64,000 bases of DNA from Deltaproteobacteria bacterium (GTDB taxonomy: Bacteria > Desulfobacterota > GWC2-55-46), in the NCBI GenBank assembly GCA_016219115.1, contig JACRCH010000053.1:7322-71321 (forward strand), given 5' to 3'. The notes below the pieces were generated by a model, which saw nothing but the letters and a program-made list of their open reading frames with translations, was not told the DNA's origin and did not search any database. The position numbers were made by a program, and so were the translations under genes. Numbering within the stretch: position 1 is the stretch's first letter; each line of letters starts with the position of its first letter. Shown in pieces: positions 9,370 through 18,592 of this stretch.

Positions 9370-10140
9370 CTACATCACCCTTATAAGGTTAAAGACCCCC
9401 GTCCACATGCGGTCAAAGACCGCCGTGACGGCTGTTTCGAAGACCGGCATCGAGAGGGCTATCATCACGAAACCGGCGAATATCGTTATCGCGAACCCTA
9501 CGACGAACATATTGAGCTGCGGGACCGTCCTTGCCATTATCCCGAGCGCCACGTTTATGAAGATGAGTATCGCTATGACTGGGGCTGAGAACTTGACGGC
9601 AAGTATGAATATCTCCCTTGAGAACACTATGATGTTCTCCATGAGCGCCCCGGAGAAGTGGAACCCGTAGGGGGGTATTACCTCGAAACTTTTTTTAAGA
9701 GCCATGACGATCATCAGGTGCCCGTTGACGCTGAGAAACATCAAAAGAGTAAAGATGCTCATGAGCTTTCCCAATACCGTTACCTGGACGCTGTTTAGGG
9801 GGTCGTACGCGCTGGCCATGCCTATGCCCATCTGAAAGTTCGCCACCTGGCCAGCGAACTCTATCCCGGTGAATACGAATTTCATGCAAAGCCCGATCGC
9901 TGCGCCTATGAAGGCCTCTCCGGCAAGGCCGACCGTCATGCCGAGGACAGTCTCCGGCATCGGCACATAACCCGTAAGCGGCGTCAGTATCAACGCGATC
10001 AGGGCGGAGAGGCCCATCTTCACCTGCATCGGCACGTTTACGGCGCCGAATATCGGGGCCGTGAATATAATCGAGCCTGTCCTGAAGAGGACGAAGAGGA
10101 AGGTCGATGCGTTTGCCAGTATGAATTGCACGATGTCCAT
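9370..10140 (-). CDS. fliR: flagellar export protein FliR
   Basis: 256-aa polytopic membrane protein between fliQ and flhB. Confidence 0.9.
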   Translation of the reverse strand: MDIVQFILANASTFLFVLFRTGSIIFTAPIFGAVNVPMQVKMGLSALIALILTPLTGYVPMPETVLGMTVGLAGEAFIGAAIGLCMKFVFTGIEFAGQVANFQMGIGMASAYDPLNSVQVTVLGKLMSIFTLLMFLSVNGHLMIVMALKKSFEVIPPYGFHFSGALMENIIVFSREIFILAVKFSAPVIAILIFINVALGIMARTVPQLNMFVVGFAITIFAGFVMIALSMPVFETAVTAVFDRMWTGVFNLIRVM

Positions 10141-10153
10141 GTCTGATCCGTTA

Positions 10154-10423
10154 TTACCTTATGTAGTTCGGGATGTTGGTGAATATCTCCGTCGTAAAGG
10201 CGATCATCTTCTGCATGATCCACCCTGATAGCGCCAGCAGCACCAGAAAGACCGCTATGATCTTCGGGACGAAAGTGAGCGTCATCTCCTGTATCTGGGT
10301 CACGGCCTGGAATATGCTTACCGCGAGACCCACGACCATACCGACTATCAATACCGGGGCCGATATGATGAGGATCACCTCTATGGTCTGCCTGCCTATG
10401 CTTGTAACGAATTCGGGGGTCAT
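10154..10423 (-). CDS. fliQ: flagellar export protein FliQ
   Basis: 89 aa with two TM segments, located between fliP and fliR. Confidence 0.9.
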   Translation of the reverse strand: MTPEFVTSIGRQTIEVILIISAPVLIVGMVVGLAVSIFQAVTQIQEMTLTFVPKIIAVFLVLLALSGWIMQKMIAFTTEIFTNIPNYIR

Positions 10424-10436
10424 CTATTCCCTCTCT

Positions 10437-11192
10437 TCAATTGAAGCTCTGCACGAGCGAGCCGACGAGTAAGTACCAGCCGTCCACGAGCACGAACAGC
10501 ATGAGCTTGAACGGCAGGGATATCATCACCGGCGGGAGCATCATCATGCCCATCGACATCAGGACGCTCGCCACCACCATGTCTATTACGAGAAACGGCA
10601 GGTATATCAGGAACCCTATCTGGAACGCCGTCTTCAGCTCGCTTGTCACGAAGGCCGGTATCAGCGTAAGCGTGGAGATATCCTTTTTAGTCCTGGGCGC
10701 GTCAGACTTCGAGAGCTTCAAAAACAGCTCGACGTCTTTCTCCCTCGTGTTCTTGAGCATGAACTCCCTTAACGGGTCTATGGCGTTGGTGAAGGCGACC
10801 TCCTGAGAGAGGCTTCCCGCCATGTAGGGTTTCAAGGCCTTTTCGTTGATAGTATTCAATGCCGGGGACATCACGAAAAAAGTAAGGAAGAGCGAAAGCC
10901 CTATTACGACCTGGTTCGGAGGGGCCTGCTGAACTCCGATGGCCTGCCTTAAAAGTGAAAATACTATCACCAGCCTCGTAAACGACGTCATCATCAAAAG
11001 TATCGCCGGAGCGAGCGTAACGATCGTCAGGAGCAGTACGATCTGGATGGCCGTGGCCACGCCCTGCGGGGAGTTCTGCCCGCCGAGCGAGAGGTTCACG
11101 CTCGGCAGCGTCAGCGGGTCGGCTCCAAAAGCGGACGACGAGGCCGCAGCCAGGGCGAGCGCGGCTATAATTGTCAGAATCGTTTTTTTCAT
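10437..11192 (-). CDS. fliP: flagellar export protein FliP
   Basis: Signal peptide plus the conserved FliP core (SFTRLVIVFSLLRQAIG, AFQIGFLIYLPFLVIDMVVASVLMSMGMMMLPP). Confidence 0.95.
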   Translation of the reverse strand: MKKTILTIIAALALAAASSSAFGADPLTLPSVNLSLGGQNSPQGVATAIQIVLLLTIVTLAPAILLMMTSFTRLVIVFSLLRQAIGVQQAPPNQVVIGLSLFLTFFVMSPALNTINEKALKPYMAGSLSQEVAFTNAIDPLREFMLKNTREKDVELFLKLSKSDAPRTKKDISTLTLIPAFVTSELKTAFQIGFLIYLPFLVIDMVVASVLMSMGMMMLPPVMISLPFKLMLFVLVDGWYLLVGSLVQSFN

Positions 11193-11210
11193 TCCGTCAT
11201 GTCCGGTCCG

Positions 11211-11552
11211 TCAGTTAAAAAGGCTTAGAATATTACGCGACCGCGAGCCGTTGAGCCTTTTCAGTTCCTCAAGCGATTCCTTCTTCTCAATCTTCGCAAG
11301 GAATGTGACCGTGGTCGGGGTCACGCCCAGCACCATCACCTCTCCGGCGACTTCCACTATCGTCAGGTTCTTTTTCTGCCCGAGGAAAAAGGTGTTTAAG
11401 ACCTTTACCGGGCTCGATGCCCTGGAGGAGCCGCCCTTGCCGGACCTGTTCATGTAGTACTTCAGGGCGTAAAGGGATACCCCGAGGAGCCCCAGGACGA
11501 AGGAGAGCGTGATGATCGCCTTGATGAGCAGGTACGCATACGAGTCGGTCAT
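11211..11552 (-). CDS. fliO: FliO/FliZ-like single-pass membrane protein
   Basis: 113 aa with one N-terminal TM segment, between fliN and fliP. It overlaps the fliN stop by 4 nt. The call rests on position and topology only. Confidence 0.6.
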   Translation of the reverse strand: MTDSYAYLLIKAIITLSFVLGLLGVSLYALKYYMNRSGKGGSSRASSPVKVLNTFFLGQKKNLTIVEVAGEVMVLGVTPTTVTFLAKIEKKESLEELKRLNGSRSRNILSLFN

Positions 11553-11968
11553 TTAAGCTTGTTTATCCTTTCGGTCGGGCTTACTATGTCGGTCAGTTTC
11601 ACGCCGAACTTCTCGTTGACCACGACGGCCTCGCCTCTGGCTATGAGCTTTCCGTTTACGAGGATCTCCATCGGCTCACCGGCGAGTTTTTCAAGTTCCA
11701 CCACGGTGCCCTGGCCGAGCTGCAGGAGGTCGTTTACCAGCATCCTGGTCCGCCCTATCTCCACCGAGATGGTGATAGGGATATCGAGTATCATCTCCAG
11801 GTTGGCCACGCTCCCGGTGCTCTCCGTCTTCAGGGTGTTGAAGCTTGCGGGCTTCGCGGCGCTCTGCTGAGGCGCCGGCTGCGTCTCTGAAAACGCCTCG
11901 CTCCACTGGTCGTCGATCGATTTGCCATTATTCGCGGTCGAGCCAGTCTCAATCTGATTTTCAGTCAT
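11549..11968 (-). CDS. fliN: flagellar motor switch protein FliN
   Basis: C-terminal SpoA domain (ILDIPITISVEIGRTRMLVNDLLQLGQGTVVEL). The start is taken at MTENQ (ATG 11966-11968), directly after the fliM stop; the longer tracked ORF would overlap fliM. Confidence 0.9.
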   Translation of the reverse strand: MTENQIETGSTANNGKSIDDQWSEAFSETQPAPQQSAAKPASFNTLKTESTGSVANLEMILDIPITISVEIGRTRMLVNDLLQLGQGTVVELEKLAGEPMEILVNGKLIARGEAVVVNEKFGVKLTDIVSPTERINKLK

Positions 11969-11969
11969 T

Positions 11970-12959
11970 TTATACTCCCCTTTCTTTGAACGCCGACAAT
12001 ATCTGTAAAGCGTAGTTTTTGTCCTGTACGCCGGGGGCGGCCAGGAATTTATGTATCCCTTCCACATCCACCACCAGCGGGTCCCTTGCCTTCCTGTCAA
12101 GCTGGATGATATCGCCTGCCTTGAGGTTCACAAGCTCCGAGACGTTTATTTTCGCCTTTCCTATCTCACCGGAGACGGCAAGCGGGACGCCGCCGAACTG
12201 ATTTTTAAGGTTTACGCTCCACTTATTGTCCGACGAGTCGGGGTCAACCTTATGCGTGCCGTAGATCTTCTCCTTGATAGGCTCCAGCGAGGAGTACGGG
12301 AGGCAGAAGAAAAACTTGTTGGCCCCGGTCTCTATGTCCATCCTGAAGGTAGAGACTACTACCGGCTCGCCGTGCGGCATGATGTTCACGAACTGGGGGT
12401 TCATCTCGGACCTTACGAGCTTGAAGTCCACCTGGTGCACCGGCTTCCAGACATCGCTTATCTCGTGCAGCATCACGTCCACGATCCTTTTTACCACCGC
12501 CTGCTCGACGTTCGTGAAGTCCCTTCCCTCTATCCTTGTATGGAACCTGCCGTCGCCGCCGAAGTAGCTGTCTACGATGATGAATACAAGGTTAGGGTCT
12601 ATGACCAGCAGGCCCTGACCCCTTAAGGAAGAAGGCTGATAGATGTTCAGGCTCGAAGGGACCTGGATGTTCCTCAAGAACTCCTCGTACTTCATCGTCT
12701 TTATGCCCTCGGGGTTGACATCCACCGTCTTTCTAAGGACATTGAATATGGCGTTTCTTACCGAGCGGCTGAACTTCTCGTTTATCATCTCGAGCGCGGG
12801 CATCTTGCCCCGTATCGCCCTTTCCTGCTTTGAAAAGTCGTAGGGCCTTACGGAATCGGTTATTTCGACCTCTTTTTCGGCCTCGGTCTTGATGTCTCCG
12901 TTTGAAAGCCCCTTGAGTAGAGCGTCTACCTCGACCTGTGAAAGAATCTGCTCCGTCAT
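11970..12959 (-). CDS. fliM: flagellar motor switch protein FliM
   Basis: N-terminal CheY-P binding motif LSQVEVDALL, the middle FliM domain and a C-terminal SpoA-like domain. Confidence 0.95.
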   Translation of the reverse strand: MTEQILSQVEVDALLKGLSNGDIKTEAEKEVEITDSVRPYDFSKQERAIRGKMPALEMINEKFSRSVRNAIFNVLRKTVDVNPEGIKTMKYEEFLRNIQVPSSLNIYQPSSLRGQGLLVIDPNLVFIIVDSYFGGDGRFHTRIEGRDFTNVEQAVVKRIVDVMLHEISDVWKPVHQVDFKLVRSEMNPQFVNIMPHGEPVVVSTFRMDIETGANKFFFCLPYSSLEPIKEKIYGTHKVDPDSSDNKWSVNLKNQFGGVPLAVSGEIGKAKINVSELVNLKAGDIIQLDRKARDPLVVDVEGIHKFLAAPGVQDKNYALQILSAFKERGV

Positions 12960-12978
12960 TTAAGACCCCTTTTTGACC

Positions 12979-13503
12979 TTACTGGATCACGAATTCCGTG
13001 AAGTACGCCGTTTTGACCTTGCCCTTGCGCAGATACTGGTTCACCCTGGCCACTATCTCATCGCGCATCTGGTATTTACCCTCAACGGTGCCGATATCCG
13101 CGTAACCCTTGCTTGAAAGCAGTATGATGAGCGAATCCCGTATCTGGGCCGTCTGGGCCTGAAGCTCGGCTGACGAGGTGTTCGGTGCAAGTTCAAGGTT
13201 TATCGTGAGCTTCAGGTACCTGGTGCCGGAGTTGTCCTGAAGGTTTACGATGAAAGGCTCAAGGTTGAATACGGACCCGCCGCTTTTAGCGGAAGCCTCG
13301 TGGCCTCCTCCGTGGCCTGGGGCCTCTTCGGCCGCCTGCTCTTCCGCGTGCTTAGCGCCTGATTTACCCTTAAAGAAGAAGAAACCCCCGGCCCCTAAAG
13401 CGATGACTACCACGGCTATTATGCCGATAAGCATCCCCTTCCCCTTTTTCGCGGGGGGGGCGTGGTGCTCTTCCTTCTTGTCCTTTTCGTTTTCAGCTGG
13501 CAT
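12979..13503 (-). CDS. fliL: flagellar basal-body-associated protein FliL
   Basis: Single TM segment (LIGIIAVVVIALGAGGFFFF) plus the FliL core (FNLEPFIVNLQD..RYLKLTINLEL). The start at MPAENE has AGGAGG 8 nt upstream, and the longer ORF would start inside the sigma-54 promoter. Confidence 0.85.
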   Translation of the reverse strand: MPAENEKDKKEEHHAPPAKKGKGMLIGIIAVVVIALGAGGFFFFKGKSGAKHAEEQAAEEAPGHGGGHEASAKSGGSVFNLEPFIVNLQDNSGTRYLKLTINLELAPNTSSAELQAQTAQIRDSLIILLSSKGYADIGTVEGKYQMRDEIVARVNQYLRKGKVKTAYFTEFVIQ

Positions 13504-13576
13504 ATGATTTACCTCCTGATTGATGCGGCAACACCCTGTATCGCGTATGCTCTTGTCTGCCTTGGCAGCGTTAGAG

Positions 13577-13592
13577 TGCAATACCCATGCCA
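13577..13592 (-). promoter_or_regulatory. sigma-54 (-24/-12) promoter of the fliL-to-fliA operon
   Basis: The reverse strand reads TGGCATGGGTATTGCA, with correct GG/GC spacing for TGGCAC-N5-TTGCW. It lies 74 nt upstream of the fliL ATG. Confidence 0.75.
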
Positions 13593-13789
13593 GCGTCGCA
13601 ACCGGCTCAACGAGGTCTCAATCACAAAGTCAACTGCTTGTATTTATTAGATAAAATTAGAACGGGTTTTACAGGACGATTCATCCTTAAGCCTCCTGAA
13701 AGGTTTAAGTCAAATGCTTGAATGGCTCCCTGTCATAATTATGACTTGATGGGCTGGTATGATTATTTGAGGTGTCGGGAGTGCGCGCT

Positions 13790-13826
13790 AAAAAAAGACG
13801 GGGCTTGCGTAGCAGCAAGCCCCGTC
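13790..13826 (-). terminator. rho-independent terminator after flgE
   Basis: On the minus strand, a perfect 12-bp stem GACGGGGCTTGC/GCAAGCCCCGTC (6-nt loop) is followed by a T7 run. It lies 24 nt after the flgE stop. Confidence 0.8.
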
Positions 13827-13849
13827 TTTGCGTCTCAGACTATGTTACC

Positions 13850-15508
13850 TTACCGTTTGAGGTTCACAAGCTCGTTTAAGAGCTCGTCGGTGGTCGTTAT
13901 TATCTTTGAGTTGGCCTGGAAGCCCCTCTGGGCTGTTATCATGTCGACGAACTCCTGAGAGAGGTCGACATTCGAGAGCTCAAGGGTGCTCGACTGTATC
14001 AGGCCCCTGCCTGAGCTTCCGGGGCTGCCGATAAGCGCCTGGCCCGAATCGAATGTCTCGTTGTAGAGGTTCTTCCCGGCGCTTGAAAGCCCGACCGGGC
14101 TGGCGAAGTCAGCCAGGAGGACCTGCCCTAGCGTCAGGTCCTTGCCGTTTGAGAATATGCCGCCTATCTTGCCGTCCTGGTCGACCGATATCCTCTGGAG
14201 GTTGCCTGACGAGTATCCGTCCTGCGACATCATGGAGACGCCTGAAGATGTCCCGTACTGCGTTGTGCCGTTGGTGCCGGTGCCACCCTGGACGATGCTA
14301 TTTCCGAAATCAAAGGCTATCATCTGGTTCTGGGCGGCGCCTCCGGTGAAATTGAAGCCGCCGGTGGGGTATGTGATGCCGGATTCCGAGTAGAGCGACC
14401 CGTTGGTATTGAAGGTCACGGTGCCTCTTGCCTGGACCTCGGTAGCGCCGCTTGTGGTATCGGTGCCGTTTACCACCGCGTACCAGTCCCAGTTGTTGCC
14501 GACCGCGCCGAGCGAGTCCTTCCTGAAGTAGAGGGTTGTTACATGGCCGTTGCCGAGAGAGTCAAATACCGTCACCGGGGTGGAGAAGTTGGAGGTATCA
14601 CCGGCCTTGGCCAGGAAAAAGTCCCCGGCAGCCACATTGCTCGTCGTGCTCGCCCCGGCAATGATAGGGCCGGAGGCGGCGTTAAAGCCCAGAAGCGTCG
14701 AAGCGTTTGAAAGCGGGTTTGTCCAGTCGAAGGCGAGGGTCCCCAAGTTACCGGTGTTGTTTGTTATCTTAAAAAGCCCGGTCTGGTCGTCGAAAACGAC
14801 GTTATAGGTATCCGCGTTGCCGTTTGCGGCTTCGAGAGCCGATTTTATTGCCGCGGCCGTGGCTGTGCCGGTGTAAGCCGAGCCGGAGGCGAGGCCGCCG
14901 TTAGTAACAAGGCTGGCGGTAAGCCAGGTCGTGCCGCCGTTGACGCTGAACCTTATGTTGTCGTTCGTGCCGGCGGTGAAGACGAAACCGCTTATCGGGG
15001 CGTTGGAGTCAAGGTTGGCCGTGAGGGTCGCGTTCGTAGTCGGGTTTGGGGCTATCGTCTTGGTGGACAGACGCAGGTCCTGGACCGTGTTCTGAAGGTT
15101 ACCGGCCGAGTTTGCCATGTATCCCTGGAGCCTCAGGCCGTTAGCGCTTGATATGTAACCGTCCTTGTCGGTCTGGAACTGGCCGGCCCTCGTGTAGTAA
15201 TTGGTGTTGAGGGTCGGGTCCTTGACTATATAGAAGCCGTTGCCGCTTACAGCCATGTCCAGAGAGTTGCTAGTGGTTTCGAACGCGCCCTGCGAGAACA
15301 TCTTCTGGACGCTGCTCATCTTCACGCCGAGGCCTATCTGGTTGGTTCCGCTGCCGCCTGATAATGTCTGGCTCAATATGTCGTCGAAGATGACCCTGCT
15401 GCTCTTGAACCCTACCGTGTTGGAGTTGGCGATGTTGTTGCCGATTACAGAAAGCTTGCTCATATTGGCGTTAAGTCCGCTTACACCCGTGTACAATGAT
15501 GACTGCAT
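13850..15508 (-). CDS. flgE: flagellar hook protein FlgE
   Basis: Conserved rod/hook N-terminus (LYTGVSGLNANMSKLSVIGNNIANSNTVGFK) and C-terminus (DMITAQRGFQANSKIITTTDELLNELVNLKR). Confidence 0.95.
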   Translation of the reverse strand: MQSSLYTGVSGLNANMSKLSVIGNNIANSNTVGFKSSRVIFDDILSQTLSGGSGTNQIGLGVKMSSVQKMFSQGAFETTSNSLDMAVSGNGFYIVKDPTLNTNYYTRAGQFQTDKDGYISSANGLRLQGYMANSAGNLQNTVQDLRLSTKTIAPNPTTNATLTANLDSNAPISGFVFTAGTNDNIRFSVNGGTTWLTASLVTNGGLASGSAYTGTATAAAIKSALEAANGNADTYNVVFDDQTGLFKITNNTGNLGTLAFDWTNPLSNASTLLGFNAASGPIIAGASTTSNVAAGDFFLAKAGDTSNFSTPVTVFDSLGNGHVTTLYFRKDSLGAVGNNWDWYAVVNGTDTTSGATEVQARGTVTFNTNGSLYSESGITYPTGGFNFTGGAAQNQMIAFDFGNSIVQGGTGTNGTTQYGTSSGVSMMSQDGYSSGNLQRISVDQDGKIGGIFSNGKDLTLGQVLLADFASPVGLSSAGKNLYNETFDSGQALIGSPGSSGRGLIQSSTLELSNVDLSQEFVDMITAQRGFQANSKIITTTDELLNELVNLKR

Positions 15509-15523
15509 GATGGATCCTCCTTT

Positions 15524-16186
15524 TTATCTGTAGATTCCTTTTAGTTTATTCTGGCTTATCTCTTTGCCGTCCACCAGAAGGTTTGCCTTGCCCGAATCAA
15601 AGTTCACTCCCGAGACCCGCCCGTATACGTATGTGTTGGCCGATACCGCGTTGTTGGCCGAGTCCCTGGCCGTCACCGTAAAGCTGTAGGAGCCCGGCTG
15701 ACTGGGATTATTGTTCATGTCTTTGCCGTCCCAGACGCTGTCGTGGACTCCTGACGGCTGCGCTGCGCCTTCGATCGTCCTCATCAGCCTGCCGGCCGCG
15801 TCGAATACGGAGACCTTTACGCTTGAGGCCGCGCCCGTAAGGTCATACCCCACTGTCACCGGAGAGCCGGAGTACGAAAAGTCGCTCCCCTCCGCTTTCA
15901 CGCTTTTCCCGATGAGGTTCGCGGCGTTGCTGTTCTGGAGCGCGGACATGCTCGAAGAGATCCCTTCCATGCTCTTGTTGAGGTTCGTGATGCCCTCGAG
16001 GGAGCTGAACTGCGCGAGCTGCGCGACGAACTGCGTGTTGTCGGTCGGGTTCAATGGGTCCTGGTTCTTGAGCTGCGCTACCAGAAGCTTCAGGAAATCG
16101 TCCTTGCCGAGAGCCCCTTGAGCGGATTTTGCCGCCTGACTCTGTGGCGCCACCGTGCCCGGCGCCGCTGTTCCGTTTATGACCAT
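15524..16186 (-). CDS. flgD: hook capping/assembly protein FlgD
   Basis: DFLKLLVAQLKNQDPLNP motif plus a FlgD Ig-like C-terminal domain. Confidence 0.9.
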   Translation of the reverse strand: MVINGTAAPGTVAPQSQAAKSAQGALGKDDFLKLLVAQLKNQDPLNPTDNTQFVAQLAQFSSLEGITNLNKSMEGISSSMSALQNSNAANLIGKSVKAEGSDFSYSGSPVTVGYDLTGAASSVKVSVFDAAGRLMRTIEGAAQPSGVHDSVWDGKDMNNNPSQPGSYSFTVTARDSANNAVSANTYVYGRVSGVNFDSGKANLLVDGKEISQNKLKGIYR

Positions 16187-16207
16187 AACTTGCCTCCTCT
16201 TTCTTCC

Positions 16208-18229
16208 TTAAACGAAAAGGTCCACACCGCCGACGGATTTGCGGGTGTTTTCGGACCATCTGTAGGGTTTTGCCTCCGCCGCCTGTTCGTTTTTATCTTC
16301 CCCGCGGTTCCATGCGGACTGGCGGTTGTACATCTCCCCTTTCGCTCCGTTCTCTGAAAACGGGTTGGCTCCGGCGGAGTAAGAGTTAACGCCGAGTTCG
16401 ATGGTGTATCTGTCGAGCGAGAGCCCTTGAGCCGCGAATACCTCTTTAAGTCTTGCCGAGTCCGAATCGAGAACGGTCTTGGCCGCGTTACTCTCCACGA
16501 CTATCCGCGCCTTCACGGACCCTTCATCCACGCTCAGTTTTATATGGAGGGCGCCCAGGTGCTCAGGCGTAAGCCTCAGGCTTATTTCGCTACCGCCGCG
16601 CGCCAGACTCATCTTCACGCCTGTCTCTAGCTTCTCATATACCGCTTCAGTCCTTACCGCTTCAGCGGGTTTAGCGTCCACCGTTTCAACCTTGAACTTT
16701 TCATTATTGGACTGGAACACCCCCTCTGCGCCGCTTTTGACTCCATCCGCCTTGAGAGTCTCCTGATCCTTTCCGGCATTATCATCCCGTCGTTCAGACC
16801 CATCGGAGCCGTACGGGGCCGTATTAGCGTAAAGAGCGCTAACATGACTTTCAGGTGCGACTTCCCTGTTCACCGCACCCGCGTTGACATTGTCCGCGCG
16901 AAGGGGGTCTACCGTAGCGTTAACGGGAAGGTTCCTATGATGTTGAACTGCTTCCCTGGTCTCTTTTACCGGGGTGTCCGCGGGAGCGTGCGCCGGCTGG
17001 ACTAACTTCGGTTCAGGACTCCCGTCCGTGGCAGAGTCTGTCTTTTTAGAGAGAAGGTCGGCCGCTCCGGTGCCAAAAAGTTTTTTCTCATCCGCATGGA
17101 CTTTTATCTCAGCGGTCTCTGAAACAACTTTATCCTGACCGCCATCCTGCCGCCCTTTACCGGCCTCGGCGTGCATAAGGTCAGTTTTGTTCTCAGAAGG
17201 GGCGGCCTCATGGGCCGTCACAAGAAAAGAAGCGGCTGTCTTCAAAGAACCCTCGGCAAGACCCGCCTTGACCTCAGGAGCCGCGTTGTTCGCCTCTTCC
17301 CGAGCGCGAGGGAGCGTAGACCGTGCACCATCCGTTACCGTACTTTTAGAATTATCTTCTTTTGCCTTTAGGGGGTTGCCATCGACTGCTTTCTCCGTCA
17401 CCTTCTGAGACGGCGTAGCGATGGCTGACGCGGCAGCCTGCTCAGAGATATATGCTAAAACGGATGAACGGTTGCCCTCTTCCGATCCTTTCGCCTCATC
17501 GGTCTCATCAGTATCGCCGGTGTTTTCAGCCCCTTCTTCATTACCTTTGATCTTTACCGTATTTTCACCGGCCGAAACGGCCACCGGCTGTGCCACATCG
17601 GCGGCTGTGGTATTCACAGTATTCGTTGGAGTTGCGTCTACCGCGACATTTGCCGCCGCTGCGGTGTTTACCGTCAACGTATTAGAAGACAAAGAGGGGG
17701 CGGCAGCAGTGGCGTTGGCTGTGTTTATCTTTGCGGCTCCAACTGCTACGTTTGCCGCTGCCGTATCGGCCACTGTCGGCACATATGGAGGGATAACGAT
17801 ATCGGCGGCAGGGGCGCTCTCTGTATTCGATTTCGCGGCGTTTATCACGCTATCCGCTGAGGCTGTATTGACAGCCGCCTGTGCTGACGAAGCCATAGCC
17901 GCGTCAGCGGCAGGAGTACCTATTGAGTCTACCTCTGCGGCAACCGCGGCATTCATTATCACCGCTCCATTGCCGGCAGACGGTACATTCAGGGGGAGAA
18001 CCGGGACGCCCGCAAGGGCTTTCCCTGCCTCAGCCTTTACTTCAGGCGCCTGACCGTCATTTGCACAGGCATCCCCGCACTCTTTCACGCACCCGTCGAA
18101 GACCCGGGAGAAGTCCTCTTCACCATCAGCCTTTTGGGGGGATACGGCCGGTTTGAATAACGCGGCGGCAAGAGTATCAGAAACCTTGTTTTCTAAAATC
18201 GAGAGCGCCATCTCTTTCCCTTTACTCAA
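16208..18229 (-). CDS. fliK: hook-length control protein FliK
   Basis: Long Ala/Thr/Asn-rich low-complexity N-terminal part and a C-terminal Flg_hook-type domain (LRLTPEHLGALHIKLSVDEGSVKARIVVES). The tracked start at 18229 is TTG; the ATG at 18211 (MALSIL) is an alternative. Confidence 0.8.
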   Translation of the reverse strand: MSKGKEMALSILENKVSDTLAAALFKPAVSPQKADGEEDFSRVFDGCVKECGDACANDGQAPEVKAEAGKALAGVPVLPLNVPSAGNGAVIMNAAVAAEVDSIGTPAADAAMASSAQAAVNTASADSVINAAKSNTESAPAADIVIPPYVPTVADTAAANVAVGAAKINTANATAAAPSLSSNTLTVNTAAAANVAVDATPTNTVNTTAADVAQPVAVSAGENTVKIKGNEEGAENTGDTDETDEAKGSEEGNRSSVLAYISEQAAASAIATPSQKVTEKAVDGNPLKAKEDNSKSTVTDGARSTLPRAREEANNAAPEVKAGLAEGSLKTAASFLVTAHEAAPSENKTDLMHAEAGKGRQDGGQDKVVSETAEIKVHADEKKLFGTGAADLLSKKTDSATDGSPEPKLVQPAHAPADTPVKETREAVQHHRNLPVNATVDPLRADNVNAGAVNREVAPESHVSALYANTAPYGSDGSERRDDNAGKDQETLKADGVKSGAEGVFQSNNEKFKVETVDAKPAEAVRTEAVYEKLETGVKMSLARGGSEISLRLTPEHLGALHIKLSVDEGSVKARIVVESNAAKTVLDSDSARLKEVFAAQGLSLDRYTIELGVNSYSAGANPFSENGAKGEMYNRQSAWNRGEDKNEQAAEAKPYRWSENTRKSVGGVDLFV

Positions 18230-18259
18230 ATAATCTTAAAAAGCCTTGCCAGTTATAAT

Positions 18260-18275
18260 AGCAATACGCATGCCA
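18260..18275 (-). promoter_or_regulatory. sigma-54 promoter of fliK-flgD-flgE
   Basis: The reverse strand reads TGGCATGCGTATTGCT, 30-48 nt upstream of the candidate fliK starts. Confidence 0.75.
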
Positions 18276-18440
18276 AACGATCTTTTGAAAAAAACCATTT
18301 AAAAATAAGGTATTTTAGCAGAGTCCTTCTGCCGTTCCCTGCGGTCAGTGATATTTAGGGCAGGCACATATTTCCAGGGTGAGAATTTTTTTCCCTGTGG
18401 TCTTCCTTACAGGCGGTCGGGTGCAGCGGGTAAAACGATA

Positions 18441-18470
18441 AAAATTCCCTGCGGCAAGCTGCGGGGAATC
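18441..18470 (-). repeat. solo hairpin module related to the 3' terminal module of repeat family 1, in inverted orientation
   Basis: AAAATTCCCTGCGGCAAGCTGCGGGGAATC, compared with the reverse complement of ..CCCTGCTGGCAAGCTACAGGGAATTTTG. Confidence 0.5.
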
Positions 18471-18592
18471 CGCTCTCTATGCCCGTTGAAAAGCAGACGA
18501 CGGCCCTTCTGTTTGATTTTAAAGGGATTGTATTCAGACGCCGGGGATACCGGGCGGGTCCTGGACCCGCACTGGATGGAGGAACTGCGAGG

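Noticed and set aside
11969-12100. 5' extensions of tracked ORFs: fliN to 12100, fliL to 13581, flgB to 25600, the sigma-54 regulator to 27080, fliJ to 19662, fliH to 21866, the aminopeptidase from 32104 and the ATP-grasp gene to 45665.
   Set aside because: The extensions overlap upstream genes or promoter motifs, lack SD sequences and encode non-conserved residues. Internal ATGs with SD sequences begin the conserved domains.
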